Assembly (NCBI GenBank): GCA_036867785.1
Contig: CP145412.1
Location: 434,001 to 498,000, forward strand
Origin: Plasmodiophora brassicae
Lineage: Eukaryota
DNA length: 64,000 nt
Reading direction: 5' to 3'
Notes under the pieces: generated by a model
Databases searched by the model: none
What the model was told of the DNA's origin: nothing
The model's input: the letters and a program-made list of their open reading frames with translations, nothing else
Shown here: in pieces, positions 37,675 to 51,748 of the stretch
Layout: every line of letters starts with the position of its first letter
Position numbering within the stretch: the stretch's first letter is position 1
Position numbers and translations under genes: made by a program

Positions 37675-40600
37675 ATGGGCGTCACCGTCACCGTCGACAG
37701 GGCACCGCCGCCGAATCGCTTCCTGGGCGATTTTGTGCCCGAGGCGCCCGATGGCGCGTCTCCGCTTGTGCGTCATGCGCTGGCGCAACTGTCCCGGCCT
37801 CGCACCCGGGTCGTTGTTGATACCGCGGGTACCAAGTATGTGGCTTGCGCCGTCCCTGAACCCGACCGCGTCGTGCACACGATTGACGAAGGGTCGGAGA
37901 CCAACGCTCAGGCGGCATCACCCCAGCCCCGTTTAGGTATTGACGCTCACAATTCCCCAACGCTGTTCGCTGATCAGCCTTTTTGTTAGCGCAAGCCAAG
38001 TCCAGACCTGGTCTTGCTGATATATTCAGTACCCCTCCAAGAGCCACATTATCGGTTGACAATGTGCGATCTTCAGGCGCTCCTGTTGCATTGGCAAACT
38101 CTGATCGTCTTTCACAGGGATCGATATCGCTTCGCGAGCGCCGCGCTATGGCGACCTCAGTAGGATCCCCGGTTTCAGTCGATGGTACTGCATCATGATG
38201 TCTCTTGAACGTTCTGTCTGACCGCTCGAACGGTTCAGAGAGTGAAGGGTCCGCTCCTGCGGACGTCGATGGCCTGACGATTGACATCAAGGAGGCGGAG
38301 CTCGACCCGGAAGAGCTTCGTCGCCCAGACCTGTATGAGCCGATGGAACTGGATCAGGCTCTTCGACCAGGGCAGACCGTTAGTCAAAAGGTCTGCCTTA
38401 AAGCTACCGGCGGCCATGATATCGAAATGACGAATGTCGATATTGGCAGCTGACGAAGGGGTCGGTTCTGTGGCGATACGAACCGGACTGGGAATACGGA
38501 ACGCCTTTGGAACAAAGCGAATGCTGCAGAGAGAGCGTTCCCACATGGGACAGCACGGAGTCGTTTAGCCAAATGCTATGCATTGTCCAGCGTTTGACAA
38601 TCTGCAATTGCGAGCTGGAACCGTTCTTTTGCACATTGGCAGTTTACGATCTTCGTCCCAAAGGTGGAAAGCTATCCGAGAACTTTCATTTCGATCTCAA
38701 TCCCGAGCAGGTCCGTCGATGACGCTTGGACAGCCTCACTGTTTGCTGACATGTGTAAGGTTTTGACGTCGGGACTGTCTGTCTGGCGTTTCGCCGCTGA
38801 CGAAATAACGCTGACCCGCAACGCTCTGTTCCGCATTCCTGATCGCCATCCGCTTGTTGTCCTTGTCCTTCGTATTGAGCGCGTCTTGCAAGGCGATCCC
38901 GAAGAAGCATTCGCTCCGTACCTCAAGGATCGCAACGTACGTGGTATACAGTTGCATTCAGTTGTGTGCTAACTGCCATTATAGAAAGGAGTGCTCGATC
39001 TCGACAAGATCGGCAAAAACATTCGCACCACGATCAACCGATTGTCTGACTACAGACAAAGTTTCGGTGTTGCCATCCTGCCAATATTCAACGAGACAGG
39101 CGACCTCATTTACGAGACTCCGACGTTCATTACGCAGCGGATTTTCATCGAGAAACAGGTACGCGCCACCTACATGCGTACGCGCCACTGCCCCAACACG
39201 TACGTCGACCGCAGGCGTCAGATGAGGCCACGTTCCTGGACCAGCTGCGGGAATATTACTCCCTACTTTCAGACACTAGCACGAATGTGAAGAAGAAGGT
39301 CGGGGTTGACGTGCCACGTATACATTATGCACCCTGAATGGCGCTGCTCAGATCGTGCCTAGCTCCGAGTTCTGTGTGGAGCTTTACCTGCTTGATACTG
39401 CACTGCCTCCTAATCGAGTCGACCCATCGTTGATACCCCTGAAGCCACCCAGTGAGGTTTGGGACCATCCGATCAAAGGTCGTGGAATTCGGGCGTCTTC
39501 TTCGCCCGTAGTATTTAGCGGCCACCTACAGGTTCTGTTCGCGAGATTGAGTTCTTGCCTTTACCGACTGACTCCACGACATCGCCTTACGACCACTTTG
39601 TCAATTCGCTTTACGTGTATCCCCTCAGCGTCCAGTTTCAGGTAGCGTAATGCTGGGAGACACGAAACACTCTGGTATTCTCGACTAAGAACAATCTACA
39701 TAGAAATACCGGAACATTGCATGTAAGGTTGAACTGCGCCTGTCCGATGTGGCCCTCGATACGGATGGCGTCAAGACCTTCTTCGGAAAGTCATCACAGG
39801 TCGGACTGGGTTCCTTGCTTGATAGTCTGGCAAGGCATGAACGTTGGTGTTTAGTCTGCTTTCTGCACGTCGATGCTCACGCAGGTTGCTTACCACAACC
39901 GAACGCCGTCGATGCTAGACGAAATGAAAATCATGCTACCTTTGTCAATGACCGAATCAGTTCATCTTTTCTTCACTTTCTACCACATTTCCTGCCAGAA
40001 GAAAATGTTTACTGGACCTTGGCTCGCCGATGCTGTAACTGGGTCTAACTGACTCCTGTTCCTCGTAGTGGGAAGTCAACTGAAGAGGTTATCGGATACT
40101 CCATATTTCCGATATTCAAGAACAACATGATTGCACCTGATGGTGTACGTACGGCATACTGCAAGGGGTTTCCTCATTTTGAAACTTGCTCTAGGTGTAT
40201 TCCCTAGCGATTGCGGCACGACTTCCTGATCACTATATGAGCAAGTTTGAAGCACGAGCAGAAAACGCCAATACTCACTTCCGGATGCAGACGGCCGAAT
40301 GCTTTCAGGTGGGATACGTGCCCTGCAAAACTTTACGCCTGAAGCGTACCTGACAAAGCCTCAGATACGCGTCCGTTCCATATCGTGTTTGTTCTGCTCG
40401 GATCCCTGCCTCAACTCGTTCATGACCGCGCTTCCAACTGATGCAACGTTATCTGCGTTACCTGATGACCAGCAGGCTTCACTCGCAGTTAACGTTTCGG
40501 TGGACTACATGCGCAATGTTGATCGTTCTGTCGCAGTGCGATTCCTGCCTGTGATTCTCAATTTCCTGTTCAGCATGATGGCGAGGTCGCAGAACCGTCA

Positions 40601-43600
40601 GGTTCAAAGCTGTTGTTTTTCCAGCGCCGACCTTGTTGTCCAGCATGCACACGCCCATGTTGACGGTGGATCGTTTCGGTCGCCGATTGTATCTGCGTAC
40701 GTCGAACATTGGCTGACCGATGAGGGCTGTGACGACCTCGGAATCGTCCTGGTCGATATGCTTCATTTGGCTCTGGTGTCTCTTGACGAGGACGAATCTG
40801 ATGCCAAACGCCAAATCGTCATGAGAAACGTCTGGTTCTGGCTGGACTGCATCAACAAGTGTTGCATGCTGGCGCATGCGCGGGGGCAACTTCAGATCGA
40901 CCGTTTACAGACCGCGCTGAGCGAGATGCTGGAGAAGATGGCCATCCGGGTTTTGGCACATAAGTCTGCTCTGGGAGTTTCTGCATTGAAAGCGGCCAAC
41001 TCCTGCATTGCCTTGTTTCTGGTTGACCTTCTCAACGTACTGGACAGCAACATCGTACGTTGCGCGAAACCGTCTGTAAAATTTCTAATCGTGAGCCCAA
41101 TCCAGGTCTTTTCTCTTACTGTTCACTATTTTGAAGCCATCGATGTCAAGGATTCCGTCATCCTTGACTTCAAGGTTCGCATAACCTTGTGCTGTATAAA
41201 ACACTCAGGTGGAAAACCTGACTGCTCGTTTCAGATGCGATTCGCTGAGATCATTTTCGATTCTCTCAAGTTCCTAAACGCAACTGGTATTTATCATCAG
41301 AGGATGGCATTTGTGTCCCAGCTGACGACAATAATTTGTGCCCATTTATTCAGGCCTGTCGTCTACCGACGGACTGAACATTCAGTGTGACGAAAACGTC
41401 ATCCGCAACTTGACCTTGGCTTTTCCTCTGCAAGCCATGTTCATAAGGTGATAGGTTCGCGTATTTTACCCCCGTTACGGCAAAGTCCTAACCGGCGTCG
41501 TGTATGCCTGTAGGTTCATTGACCAGCATCTCAACTTCGGAGAAATCACTGTTCGCGCATCACTTTTGAAATCGCTGAGAAGGGTCTGCATCAAACTTGA
41601 CCGTGACTCGTCGCTCCAAGGACACCAGCGTGGCCTTCTGGTTGCATCATTTCTGCCGCTCGTGCAGTGCTTCGCCGATCAGTCTCCTGTAATTTCATCG
41701 CTCCCTGTCAAGCAACAGCGTGATGTCCTTGCTGTGACATGTTGGATTCTTGGTCTAACCGACATTTCTTATCTCGAGCAGTGGTTGGTGCTATATTGCT
41801 TTGTTTGCCCCAGTTGGTTCTAAGATAGTCGTAGGGTTGCACACGAAGACAGCGACATCTTGGCATCCGTTTTCCGCCTCCTCTCATTAGGTCTTCAGGT
41901 GTTCGACTACGTTGGGATCGAGTCCCGCACGAAACAGGTTTGCTAGCACCCGTTCTGCTGATTGCCTGCCTAACCTGTCCGCTGTGCTTAGACGGAATTC
42001 GACTCCATCCTGTCTCCAGAGACGGCGGCCAATTTGTTTGGCATTGACTCTGCAGAAGCGGGAACCGATATGAAAGCCAGTATTGAAGCACTGATGAACA
42101 ATCTTCGACGGGGAGGTGCTGCCCAGGTTTGTTCGAATGCTGGTCCTGCTGCTATCTCGCTGATGTGGGCTGTTCAGCTGACTGGGAGCTCTTCATCTGG
42201 AGGTAGCGTCAAGCTTAGTCTGCGGCAAAAGCGTGCACAAGCTCAGATGACGGGCTCGATACGTCATACCAACAAGATGACTGCGAACAGGGACTCGAAT
42301 TATGTCGAGACTGTCCGAGGAGTCGACGTAACGATGGCGGCCGATTAGACGATGCCCCAGCATTGACGTTTCTGTTCAGGGCGCCGACTTCCTGAAACGT
42401 ATATGTGGTCTCGAAGCAGCATTGAACGCGGAAATTGGCACGGTCTGCACACGGTTCGTTGCAGTCTCCGTAGCGAATCGATGGCCAGGTCGGGCACTGT
42501 CTCCAAGTGTCACCCAAACAAGATACTGACTGCGCGTACCATAGATGAAGCGGGTCAGTATTCAACGGTGACCACCGATGGGTCAACTGGATTCTGCATC
42601 CACCTTATTCAACTGGTGAGCTCTACGATCGGTTGCGAGCAACCTGTGTCGATATGGCTCCCGATATACCCCATCATTCGACACCTGCTGTATGCATATG
42701 GGCCCGTCCTGCTCAGATCGGACCACTTCCAAATGAAGGGTCCGATTACTGAGCTGTGCAGACGGATCCTGGGGCACTGCACGTCCACCAATATCCAGAT
42801 CAGGTTGGTTAACCCCTCTGGGCCGGCTGTCATCTAGCTAATGCGACTTTGCCACAGGAGTTACGCGGCGTCCATCTTGTACTGGCTGGCCTGTGCTGAC
42901 TTGGCGGCAAACAATTCGCTTGACGGCTTCCAGAATGCCCTCACCTCTTCACTGTCGAACATGGTCTCTATTATGTCTGCTGTCTCGGCGTGCAGGTTGG
43001 TTGAACAGCCTGTTGCCACAAAACGTCACTGACAGGAGTGTAAGGCTGGACCAGTCGTTCAGGTCAGTTCCTGCGTCTGCTGTTCCCGGCCTGCAGCGCG
43101 TCATGGAGCGAGCACTCAAGATCCTGAAAGACACTAGGGAAATCGCCCGTCAGGAGAAATTCTGCAGTGCTGGCCAGTGTGATTTGAGTCTCTACGAGGA
43201 CCTACTCGTGTCGATGGCTCACGCCTACACTCATATCCCGCCGTTACGAATCCAGTGGCTGCAGCGTCTGGCAGATCACCTGAACACGTCGGGGAAATAT
43301 GCCGAAGCCGCCCAGGCCACGCTGCAGGTCGCCGATCTTGTGATGCAGCAGTATCGGGAATCGTTGAAAGCAGAACAGCAGGAATCGCCCAAGGTATGTA
43401 TCTCTGCGTCGGCTGTTTCGGTATTCGCTCTGAACGCGGACCTGCAGATCGTCGAGTCGCCTCTCCTTGAGGTCAGGAATCCGGTGCTGATGTCGCTGGA
43501 CCTACCTGACTGTGACCGCCCGTCAAGCAAGACCCGGTCCATTGATCTGCGAACCGTTCGAAGCGATATCGGTAACTGTCTCCTCTGCTGGCGTAACGCG

Positions 43601-44919
43601 AAAGCCTGCTGTGGATGACTGACGCGCGGGTTGCGATACAGATGGGGTTAACCTGTACGACCGCATGTGTCGACTGTTGAAGACTGCCGCGAACGCTCTC
43701 GACCGGGCACAGCTGTACGAACGCTGTAATCAGGTGTATAACGTCCTCGTTCCGCTCTACGAGAGGCACGCCGACTACCCCCAAATCGGCAAAGCGCATC
43801 TGCATTTACACACTGTGTTCGACCAGCTCGTGAAAGCGGTAATACTGCTGCCAACGAGACGCAGCATCGGTGTGTCTGACCTTTCTCAATGTGTAGGATG
43901 CGTCGGAAAGCCGGCTGCTGGGGTCGTACTACCGAGTTGGGTTCTACGGTGCCGTCTTCGGCGATGCACTGGACGGTCGGCAATTCATCTACAAGATGCC
44001 CAAGATCACGCGACTGCCCGAGGTGGTCGATTACATCAAGGGGACGTACGGGCGTCAGCTGCGTCAGACGGTTCGCATCTGGCCGGACAGCGGCCTCGTC
44101 GACCGGTCGAAGATTGCTCCGCACGAGGCTGTCGTGCAAGTCACGTACGTCACTCCGTTCTTCGATGGGTCGACGGACGGCCTGGATCGATCCTCGTTCA
44201 TCGGCCGCCACACGAACCTGACCCATTTCATGTTCTCCACGCCATTCACGGCTGGTGTCGGTTCACTGCATGCGACTGACGTCACCAAGCAGCAGAAGCG
44301 GAATACGATCCTTCGCGTTGCCGAACCGTTCCCTTCGCTGACAACCAGGCAACTCGTAGCTGGGGTCGAACAGCGAATCCTGTCGCCCGTCGAGTCCTCC
44401 ACTGAAAACGTCGCGTCTCGCATCGTCAAACTGCGGGAGGCGATCCAAGACAAGTCCAGCGCCGACAAGAAGGTGCTGACCAGCCTGCTGCAAGGGTCCG
44501 TTATGCTGCAGGTTCATGGCGGAACCAAGGAGATCGCGCTGGCGTTCTTCGGGGAAGGGAGCGACTTTGCCCAGGCGCCGCACACAGAGCAGGAGCTGGC
44601 GGAACTCGACGTCCTTCGCCAGACCATCGTCGACTTTATCGACGTGTGCGAACAGGGCATCGACTTCTACCACAACCTGATCGTGGACGAGGAAGCCGCT
44701 CTGGCAAAGCAGTCCAGTAGCCCTGCGAGCGCGGCGTCGTCGTCGGCGTCGACGAGCGCCGCCGCCGACATCAACAACGATCGCATCCTGCACACCGAGT
44801 TCGACAAGCATCTTCGTAAGCTGCGGGCAGAAATCATGCCCGTCCTGAAGGTGAACAAGAAGCCCAACGGCAGCAAGCAGCGCGGTGTACGGTTTCACGG
44901 CGCCCCTGACCCGGAATGA
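37675..44919 (+). CDS. DOCK-family Rho/Rac/Cdc42 GEF (DOCK-C/D, zizimin-like), many exons
   Basis: LEPFFCTLAVYD..KLSENFHFDLN, a DHR-1-like region (LYVYP..; HLFFTFYHISC), and DHR-2 (GSYYRVGFYG..FIYK, QVTYVTPFF, FMFSTPFT, LQGSVMLQVHGG). Confidence 0.92.
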
Positions 44920-45072
44920 ACGCCCGGCCCCGTATCGCGTCGACTGCTTCATATACTATTCCACATTTGAACTGGACCCATGGCATACGTTACGCATTGC
45001 ACCACGACTGACATGCCGGTGATGTCCCCAGAAGGATCGACAGGATAGGATTATGTGTTAGCAGAGCGCGCC

Positions 45073-46675
45073 TCAGCTGAATTCCTTGACCAGCTCGCGA
45101 CCGATCAGCATGCGACGGATTTCGCTCGTCCCCGCCCCAATCTCGTACAGTTTCGCATCTCGTAGTAATCGGCCCGTCGCGAACTCGTTCATGTAGCCGT
45201 TCCCGCCCAGAGCCTGGATGGCGTCAAGGGCGACGCGCGTTGCGCTTTCCGCCGTGAACAGAATGACGGACGCGCAATCGACACGCGAGATGTCGTCCCG
45301 GTCAGCAGCGCGCGCGGCGCTGTACGACATCGCCCTGCAAGCGCATAGCGACGAGTACATGTCCGCCAACTTGCCTTGCATTAGCTGTGCACCACCGTCA
45401 GGCCAGCGTGTTGGTGCCCCCGTGCAGTGAACCTGACCAGCAACGAACCTGAAACGTTCCGATCTTCCTGCCGAACTGTTCGCGCTCGCACACGTATGGT
45501 ATAACCACGTCCATGGCGGCTTGCATCAACCTGTCGAGTCGCAAATCATTCAACCGAAATAAACCGGAACGGGGATAGAGTGCCGAGCGAACCCCAACGG
45601 CCCCCCAGAGAGCACCAGGCGTTCGTAGTCCAGGCCACTCATGAGCACTTCGACGCCTCGGTTGAGTTCCCCCAGAACGTTCTCGGATGGGACGAAGCAG
45701 TTCTCGAACACGAGTTCGCACGTGTTCGAGCCGCGCATACCCAGCTTGTCGAGTTTCGGCGACGTCGAGAACCCGTCCATACCCTGAGCGGCATGCGCTG
45801 GTGAGCGACGGCCCAACGAGCGCAAGGGTGCCGACGTCAAGAACCTTCTCGATCAGGAAAGCGGTGATGCCCCTGGAGCCCGCCTTCGGATCCGTCTTGA
45901 CATAGACGATCACGACGTCGGCGTCCGGGCCATTCGTGATCCACATCTTGCTGCCGTTGATGACGTAGCCACCGTCTGTCGCCTTGGCATTCGTCGTCAT
46001 CGAGACGACGTCCGATCCGGACCCTGCAGAGCAGGCCGCACGCTTAGGGCGACCGAGACCGATCCGCACCGATTCCCACACCACGAACCTGCTTCTGACA
46101 TAGCGAGGGCCCCGACGTGCTCGCCAGCAATCAGCTTTGGCACTGCGGGTGCCGGTCAGGTCGCGTGTCGGCGCCAGCAAAGGCGCGCACGTTACAGTAT
46201 TTCGACTTCTGCTCGGCGGATCCCCATCGGACGAGCTGGTTGACGTTCAGGTTCGAGTGCGCCGCGTACGACAGTCCAACGGATCCGGACGCGCGGCTGA
46301 TTTCCTCCATCACGAGAACGTGTTCCAGGTACCCCAGACCGAGGCCGCCGTATTCCTGCCACCGGGCAACGTCAGACACGCGCGCCGAACGTTGCCCACA
46401 CTGGGCTCACGAGTACTGGCCTCGGGCGCGGTCACTCCCAGAAGGCCGAACTCGCCCATCTTCTTCCACATATCGCCCGGGAACTGGTTATCGCGGTCCA
46501 CCTGTGCGGCGCGCGGCCCCAGCTCAGCGGCGCAGAACTGCTCGACGCCGCCCCGCAGCTGCTCCTGGGCGTCGGTGAACCCGGCGATCGCCCGCCCCAG
46601 GTACGTGCTCGCCGACCGCCGACGCCAGGCCGCTGCCAGGGCGCGCCCGCCTCGCACCGACCCTGTCAGCACCAT
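45073..46675 (-). CDS. IVD: Isovaleryl-CoA dehydrogenase, mitochondrial, multi-exon
   Basis: [84 protein letters not shown]. Confidence 0.96.
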
Positions 46676-46990
46676 CTTCGCGCCCGACCGACACCGCCGC
46701 TCGTCCCAAAATGACGCGCTCCTCCTGTCCTGGCCTCCTGGGGGCGTCGTCCCGCACACTGACTCAAGCAGTCCCCCATTGCTATTATTATTACTGCCAC
46801 GACTCAGGAGGTCTATAAGTGTCGTTTTTCGCACTGCCCCCACCGTCCACCGGCGCCCACCGCCCTTCGGCAGGAACGCCCAAAACGCGACCGATGAAGA
46901 GAAGGGTGCCGCTGCGGTTCTGCAGACTGGTCGTGACTGGTCCAGTGTAATGCGTCACCCGGGATGGTGTAGGTCAAACGCGCTGCCTGC

Positions 46991-47506
46991 CTAGTCGGTA
47001 TGGCCCGGGCGTGGTGAGGCGTCGAAGGAGAAACGTTTCGGGGACGGCGGGGGCGGGTCGCCGAGGAAGTACGAGCGGGCGATGTTGACGGCGAACGAGA
47101 AGGCCAGGAGGGGGAGGGCGATGGCGAACAGCCAGAGGAGGAGGATCTGGACGGCGACGAACCCGAACAGGAACGCGAATGGCGCCAGCATGACCAGGAG
47201 GGACAGGCAGGACAGGAAGGCGGCGGTTCGGTGCGTCGACAGGAAGCGCGCGAATCGGTCGTGCGACGCGGGCGCCGGCCGGCGGCTCGGCGACGACGTC
47301 GGCGTTGTACGGGGCTGCCGAAGGAGCGCCTCGGTCACCAGCTGCGATCGCTGACGGGCGCGCTGGACCACCTCATGGTCGACGTCGTCAAGGGAACGCT
47401 CGCGGGCCCCGACACGTTCCGGCGTCGGGCTCGTCGCCTGCGACGACGCGGGGCGACCGCCCCCGACCGCATCGCCGTCGAGATCGTCGGGCCCAGGAGG
47501 CGGCAT
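46991..47506 (-). CDS. Small protein with one long hydrophobic hairpin (lipid-droplet/ER-like topology)
   Basis: Polar N-terminus followed by about 45 consecutive uncharged residues (AAFLSCLSLLVMLAPFAFLFGFVAVQILLLWLFAIALPLLAFSFAVNIA). Confidence 0.6.
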   Translation of the reverse strand: MPPPGPDDLDGDAVGGGRPASSQATSPTPERVGARERSLDDVDHEVVQRARQRSQLVTEALLRQPRTTPTSSPSRRPAPASHDRFARFLSTHRTAAFLSCLSLLVMLAPFAFLFGFVAVQILLLWLFAIALPLLAFSFAVNIARSYFLGDPPPPSPKRFSFDASPRPGHTD

Positions 47507-47704
47507 TGTGGACGCAACTGGCAGCGAACGGGGGAGGCTCCGCCCACCCTGCACCAGCCCGGGCAACCAAGTGAACCAACCACCACGAGCACCCAATCAT
47601 CGACGTGCACACACGAAAACGCGAATCGTGTAGTATGAAGCAGAAGAACGCGTACAGTAGATAACGGTTCTGCGGGTGGAGGAGTGCAGGGTGGCCCAAG
47701 CCCA

Positions 47705-50132
47705 TCAGCCGAGCGACAGCAGGCCCTTGTCGGGGAACGCGTGGACGAACACGAGCGACAGGATCGCCATGAGCTTCATGACGATGTTCAGCGCCGGGCC
47801 CGACGTGTCCTTCAGCGGGTCGCCGATCGTGTCGCCAATGACGGCGGCCTTGTGCGCGTCGGATCCCTTGGGGTGGCCCTCCAGGTTGCCCTTCTCGATG
47901 TACTTCTTGGCATTGTCCCACGCGCCACCAGTGTTCGACGCCGAAATCGCCAACTGCACCGACGACACGAGCGATCCGGCCAGGACGCCGGCCAGCGCAC
48001 GAGGACCGAACAGGAACCCGACGACAAGCGGGGTGAGCATGACGAGAGCGGCCGGAGCAACCATCTCCGACAACGAGGCATCAGTCGACACGCGGATGCA
48101 TTTCCTGTAGTCGGGGCGCGATTCGCCAGTCAGGATGCCGGCGTCCTCACGGAACTGGCGGCGAACTTCTTCCACCATTGACAGCGCCGCCTTGCCCACA
48201 GACTTCATCGTCATCGCCGAGAACCAGTACGGGATCATAGCGCCCAGCAGAAGCCCGGCGAACTCCATCGGGTCCAGCAGGTTGACAACGGGCTTCACGG
48301 CACCGTCGGATTTGAACACGGGCGCCTGGGAGACGAACGCGCCGAACAAGGCCAGGGAGACGAGCGCGGCAGAACCGATCGCGAAACCCTTACCAATGGC
48401 GGCGGTCGTGTTGCCGGCCGCATCGAGGATATCGGTCGTGTCGCGAACGGAGTGGTCCATGTGCGCCATTTCAGCAATGCCACCAGCATTGTCCGCAATA
48501 GGACCGTAGGCATCAATGGCCAGCCCGCAGGACATCGTCGACAGGATACCAAGAGCACCAACGGCAATGCCGTACATGCCACAGAGGCTGTGGTTGACGT
48601 AGATCGTGCAGCACAAGCACAGCGCCGGAATGATGACGCTCTTGTAACCAAGGGCCAGACCGTAGATGACGTTCGTCGCCGCACCTGCAAGTGCCTCGTA
48701 AGAGCAGGATATGGTCGACATTGCAAGCATGCGTACCAGACTTGCAGGACTCTGCGACTTCGCGAACCGGTCGGTAGGAGTTGGACGTGTAGTACTCGGT
48801 GACGAGACCGATGAACAGGCCGGACCACAAGCCGGTGCAGATGGCGACGGCGACGGAGTACCAGTGGACGACCTTGGAGGAGTCAGTCTCGAACTTCATC
48901 GTGCTCGGCAGCAGCGACACGGCCAGCAGGAACACAACGAACGTCTGGAGGATCGTCGTGCCCCACAGCTGAATCTTCAGCGCGGTCTCAACGTCTCGGT
49001 CGTACTGAATGCGGCGGAAGAAGGCAATGTGGGCAATGACGAGCGAAACAACCATGCCGGTCGCCACGACCAGAACCGGGAACAGCATGATGGCCCACGA
49101 GAGAGGCGTGTCCGTCGTCAACGTCGTCGTCAGGACCATGGCGGCGCAAGTAGCCTCAGCGAAACTGCCGAACAGATCGGCACCCATACCGGCAATGTCA
49201 CCGACATTGTCGCCGACGTTGTCAGCGATGACAGCTGGGTTGCGCGGATCGTCCTCAGGGATGCCAGCCTCGACCTTGCCGACCAGGTCAGCGCCGACAT
49301 CAGCAGCCTTCGTGTAGATACCGCCACCAACACGCCCGAACATGGCAATTGAGCTGCCGCCGAGGCCGTACCTGAAGGAGTGCATTGGATCAGCAACCGA
49401 CACGCACCGGCTGAACGACAGCGGTTACCCAGCAGCGACTTCGAACATCTTTTTCGCCTGCTCCGGGTCGTCCTGAAACGCGTAGTGCGCGTTCAGCAGC
49501 AAGAGGAGGCCGCCAAGAACCATGACACCAAGAGCGACGAGGGACTGTCCCATGACCGACCCCGCTTTGAACGCCGTTACGAATCCAGAGTGCAGACTCT
49601 CAGCGCACTTGATGGCCGTGCGCCCATTGGCGTAGACAGCGATGGCCATGCCAACGAACCCGGACAGGATCGACGTCACGGCGCCAATCACAAAGCTGAT
49701 CATGGCCAGGAAACCATCAATCCATTGGTTGTTCGGCGACGTCCCAACAAGAAGGACAATCAGAGCGGAGAACAGGCTGCAGCCACACCATTAGCCGTCA
49801 GCATCAATGTCACACGACGAACGCAGAGCTCATACACGATGAAGACGGCCATGTAAGTGTACTCGCGGAACAGGAACGAGTACGCGCCTTCGCTGATTGC
49901 ATCAACGATGGTGACAATCTCCTTTTAAAAACGGCAGAACGACAAATGGGTACAGACGGCAAGCATGGCGGTGCGGGCGACCAACCTCCGACGTCTTCGA
50001 GTTGAGGTTGTGGTCCTTGGCCGGGTCGATCTCGATGCGGCGCACGTGCATGTAGAACGTGAGGGCGGCGCCGAACCCGAGGATAGGGCATGCGATCAGC
50101 AGGGCCGCGGCGCCGATATCCGCAGCCAACAT
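47705..50132 (-). CDS. Membrane H+-translocating pyrophosphatase (V-PPase, K+-dependent type), multi-exon
   Basis: [50 protein letters not shown] (Ala at the K+-dependence position), [14 protein letters not shown]. Confidence 0.97.
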
Positions 50133-50538
50133 GGCGAGGTACGTCCACGAGACCGCGTCGCCGCCACCACCACCGACCGGATTCACAAAATGACGGGCGC
50201 CGTCGCGCACGGTACGCTGAGCGATCCACCGGCACAGCGCAGAATCCGTCCGCGGACTGCGCAGCGGAGTTTGTCCGCGGCCCTGAGAGTCAGAGGCCAG
50301 CGCCAAAACGCGCGCCGCGACGGCGCGGGCCAAGGGGGGCCTGGCAAATGGGTTCACCCCCTCCCCAAACGGCATCCCACCACGGCCCACGCTCATGCCG
50401 CCCCCGTGAGGCGCTGGCCGGGAAGCCTGTGCTTTCGGACGACGAAATTCCGTTGCGCATCCCAAAGAGTTCCCGACGTGAACGGTTTATTTCCACCTGG
50501 CCAGTTGTCGTGCTGTAACGCCATTCTTCCATTTACCG

Positions 50539-51612
50539 TTAGCCTTCGAAACCCGCAACACTGAAAAGGCCAAGGCTGCGATGGCGTCGATCAGGTCCGA
50601 GTCTGTAAACGATACGATACGGGCGCACGCACCTGAAGAAGACGATGCTGAGGCCGATGAAGACACCGGCGCTCGCCACACTGTCTTTCGGGTCCAGCAT
50701 CCGCGCCTGCGGCAGTAGGCCACGAACCGAAAGGGTGACGAGCATCCCGGCGATGGCGCCGTAGGTTAATCCCAGAGCGAGTGCATCAGGAGCCGCGGAC
50801 TGGAATGCCAGATACCCAATGACTGCACCGAGAGGCGTAGCCAGGCCCGCCACAAGCCCATGCACAAGGCAGCGCCACGGTTGAGTCGGGAACGCCACGA
50901 ACGCAGGGCCACCGACGGATAATCCTTCCGGAAACCTGACAACCACTCCAGGTCATGTTCCTGGACAACGGCGCCCCTCGACGTCGACTTACACGTGAAC
51001 GAGCAGGATGATGCCGATAACGGCGCCGTGTTCCAGGTTGCTGGTTGCTGTGATGTAGAAGGCAAGGCCTTCCGGAATATGATGCAAGGTCATGGCCAGC
51101 AGGGACATCCACGACACGCGGGACGCTTTGCGCCGAGCGGCCTCGCGATCGCACCCACATCCGCTGTCCGGCTCACAGGCGCAAACCACTTCGGCACGAT
51201 GGCAAGGGCAGACGAAATCCGGCACCAGCGCCTTCAACGCCGTCTCCATGATCAGGAACGCGGCAACGCCCATGAAGAAGCTGGCGAATGCGGTCAGGAT
51301 CGCGTAGGACTTCCCGACCGACTCGACCGACGACCAGGCCGTAACCGCGTTCGGCAGGACATCGGCCAGGCTGCCGAATATCAGCGCGCCTGCCGCCGTC
51401 GCATAGACGAACGCGAAGAACCGGTCGGAAAGAACCGGCGATTTCGGGTCGTGCAGAGCGGCGGGCCCTGATGGCGACAGCTTGCGCTTGACCAGATCGG
51501 TCAGCAACGGCGCCGCGGCCCCCGCGACAGTCGCCGCCGTCGCTGCGAACGACAACCCGATCGCCGTTGCTGGCGACGCAGGCGACCCGGCCGTGGCTAG
51601 TTCATCCGACAT
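50539..51612 (-). CDS. ZIP family (ZupT/ZIP11-like) metal transporter, multi-exon
   Basis: Multiple TM segments; TLHHIPEGLA and VHVFPEGLSVG motifs; GAIAGMLV..S...LLP. Confidence 0.85.
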
Positions 51613-51748
51613 ACTCGCCAGCGAGTAGGCTAGTGCTCTGTATTCCTCACAGCTGCTGGGCACATGGCGCGTACGTCCGTCACAGCGGCGGTCTTGGAGA
51701 AGGCTGCCACCAACTACGAGGCCGCCACTTTAGTGCTCTGTGTCCGTT

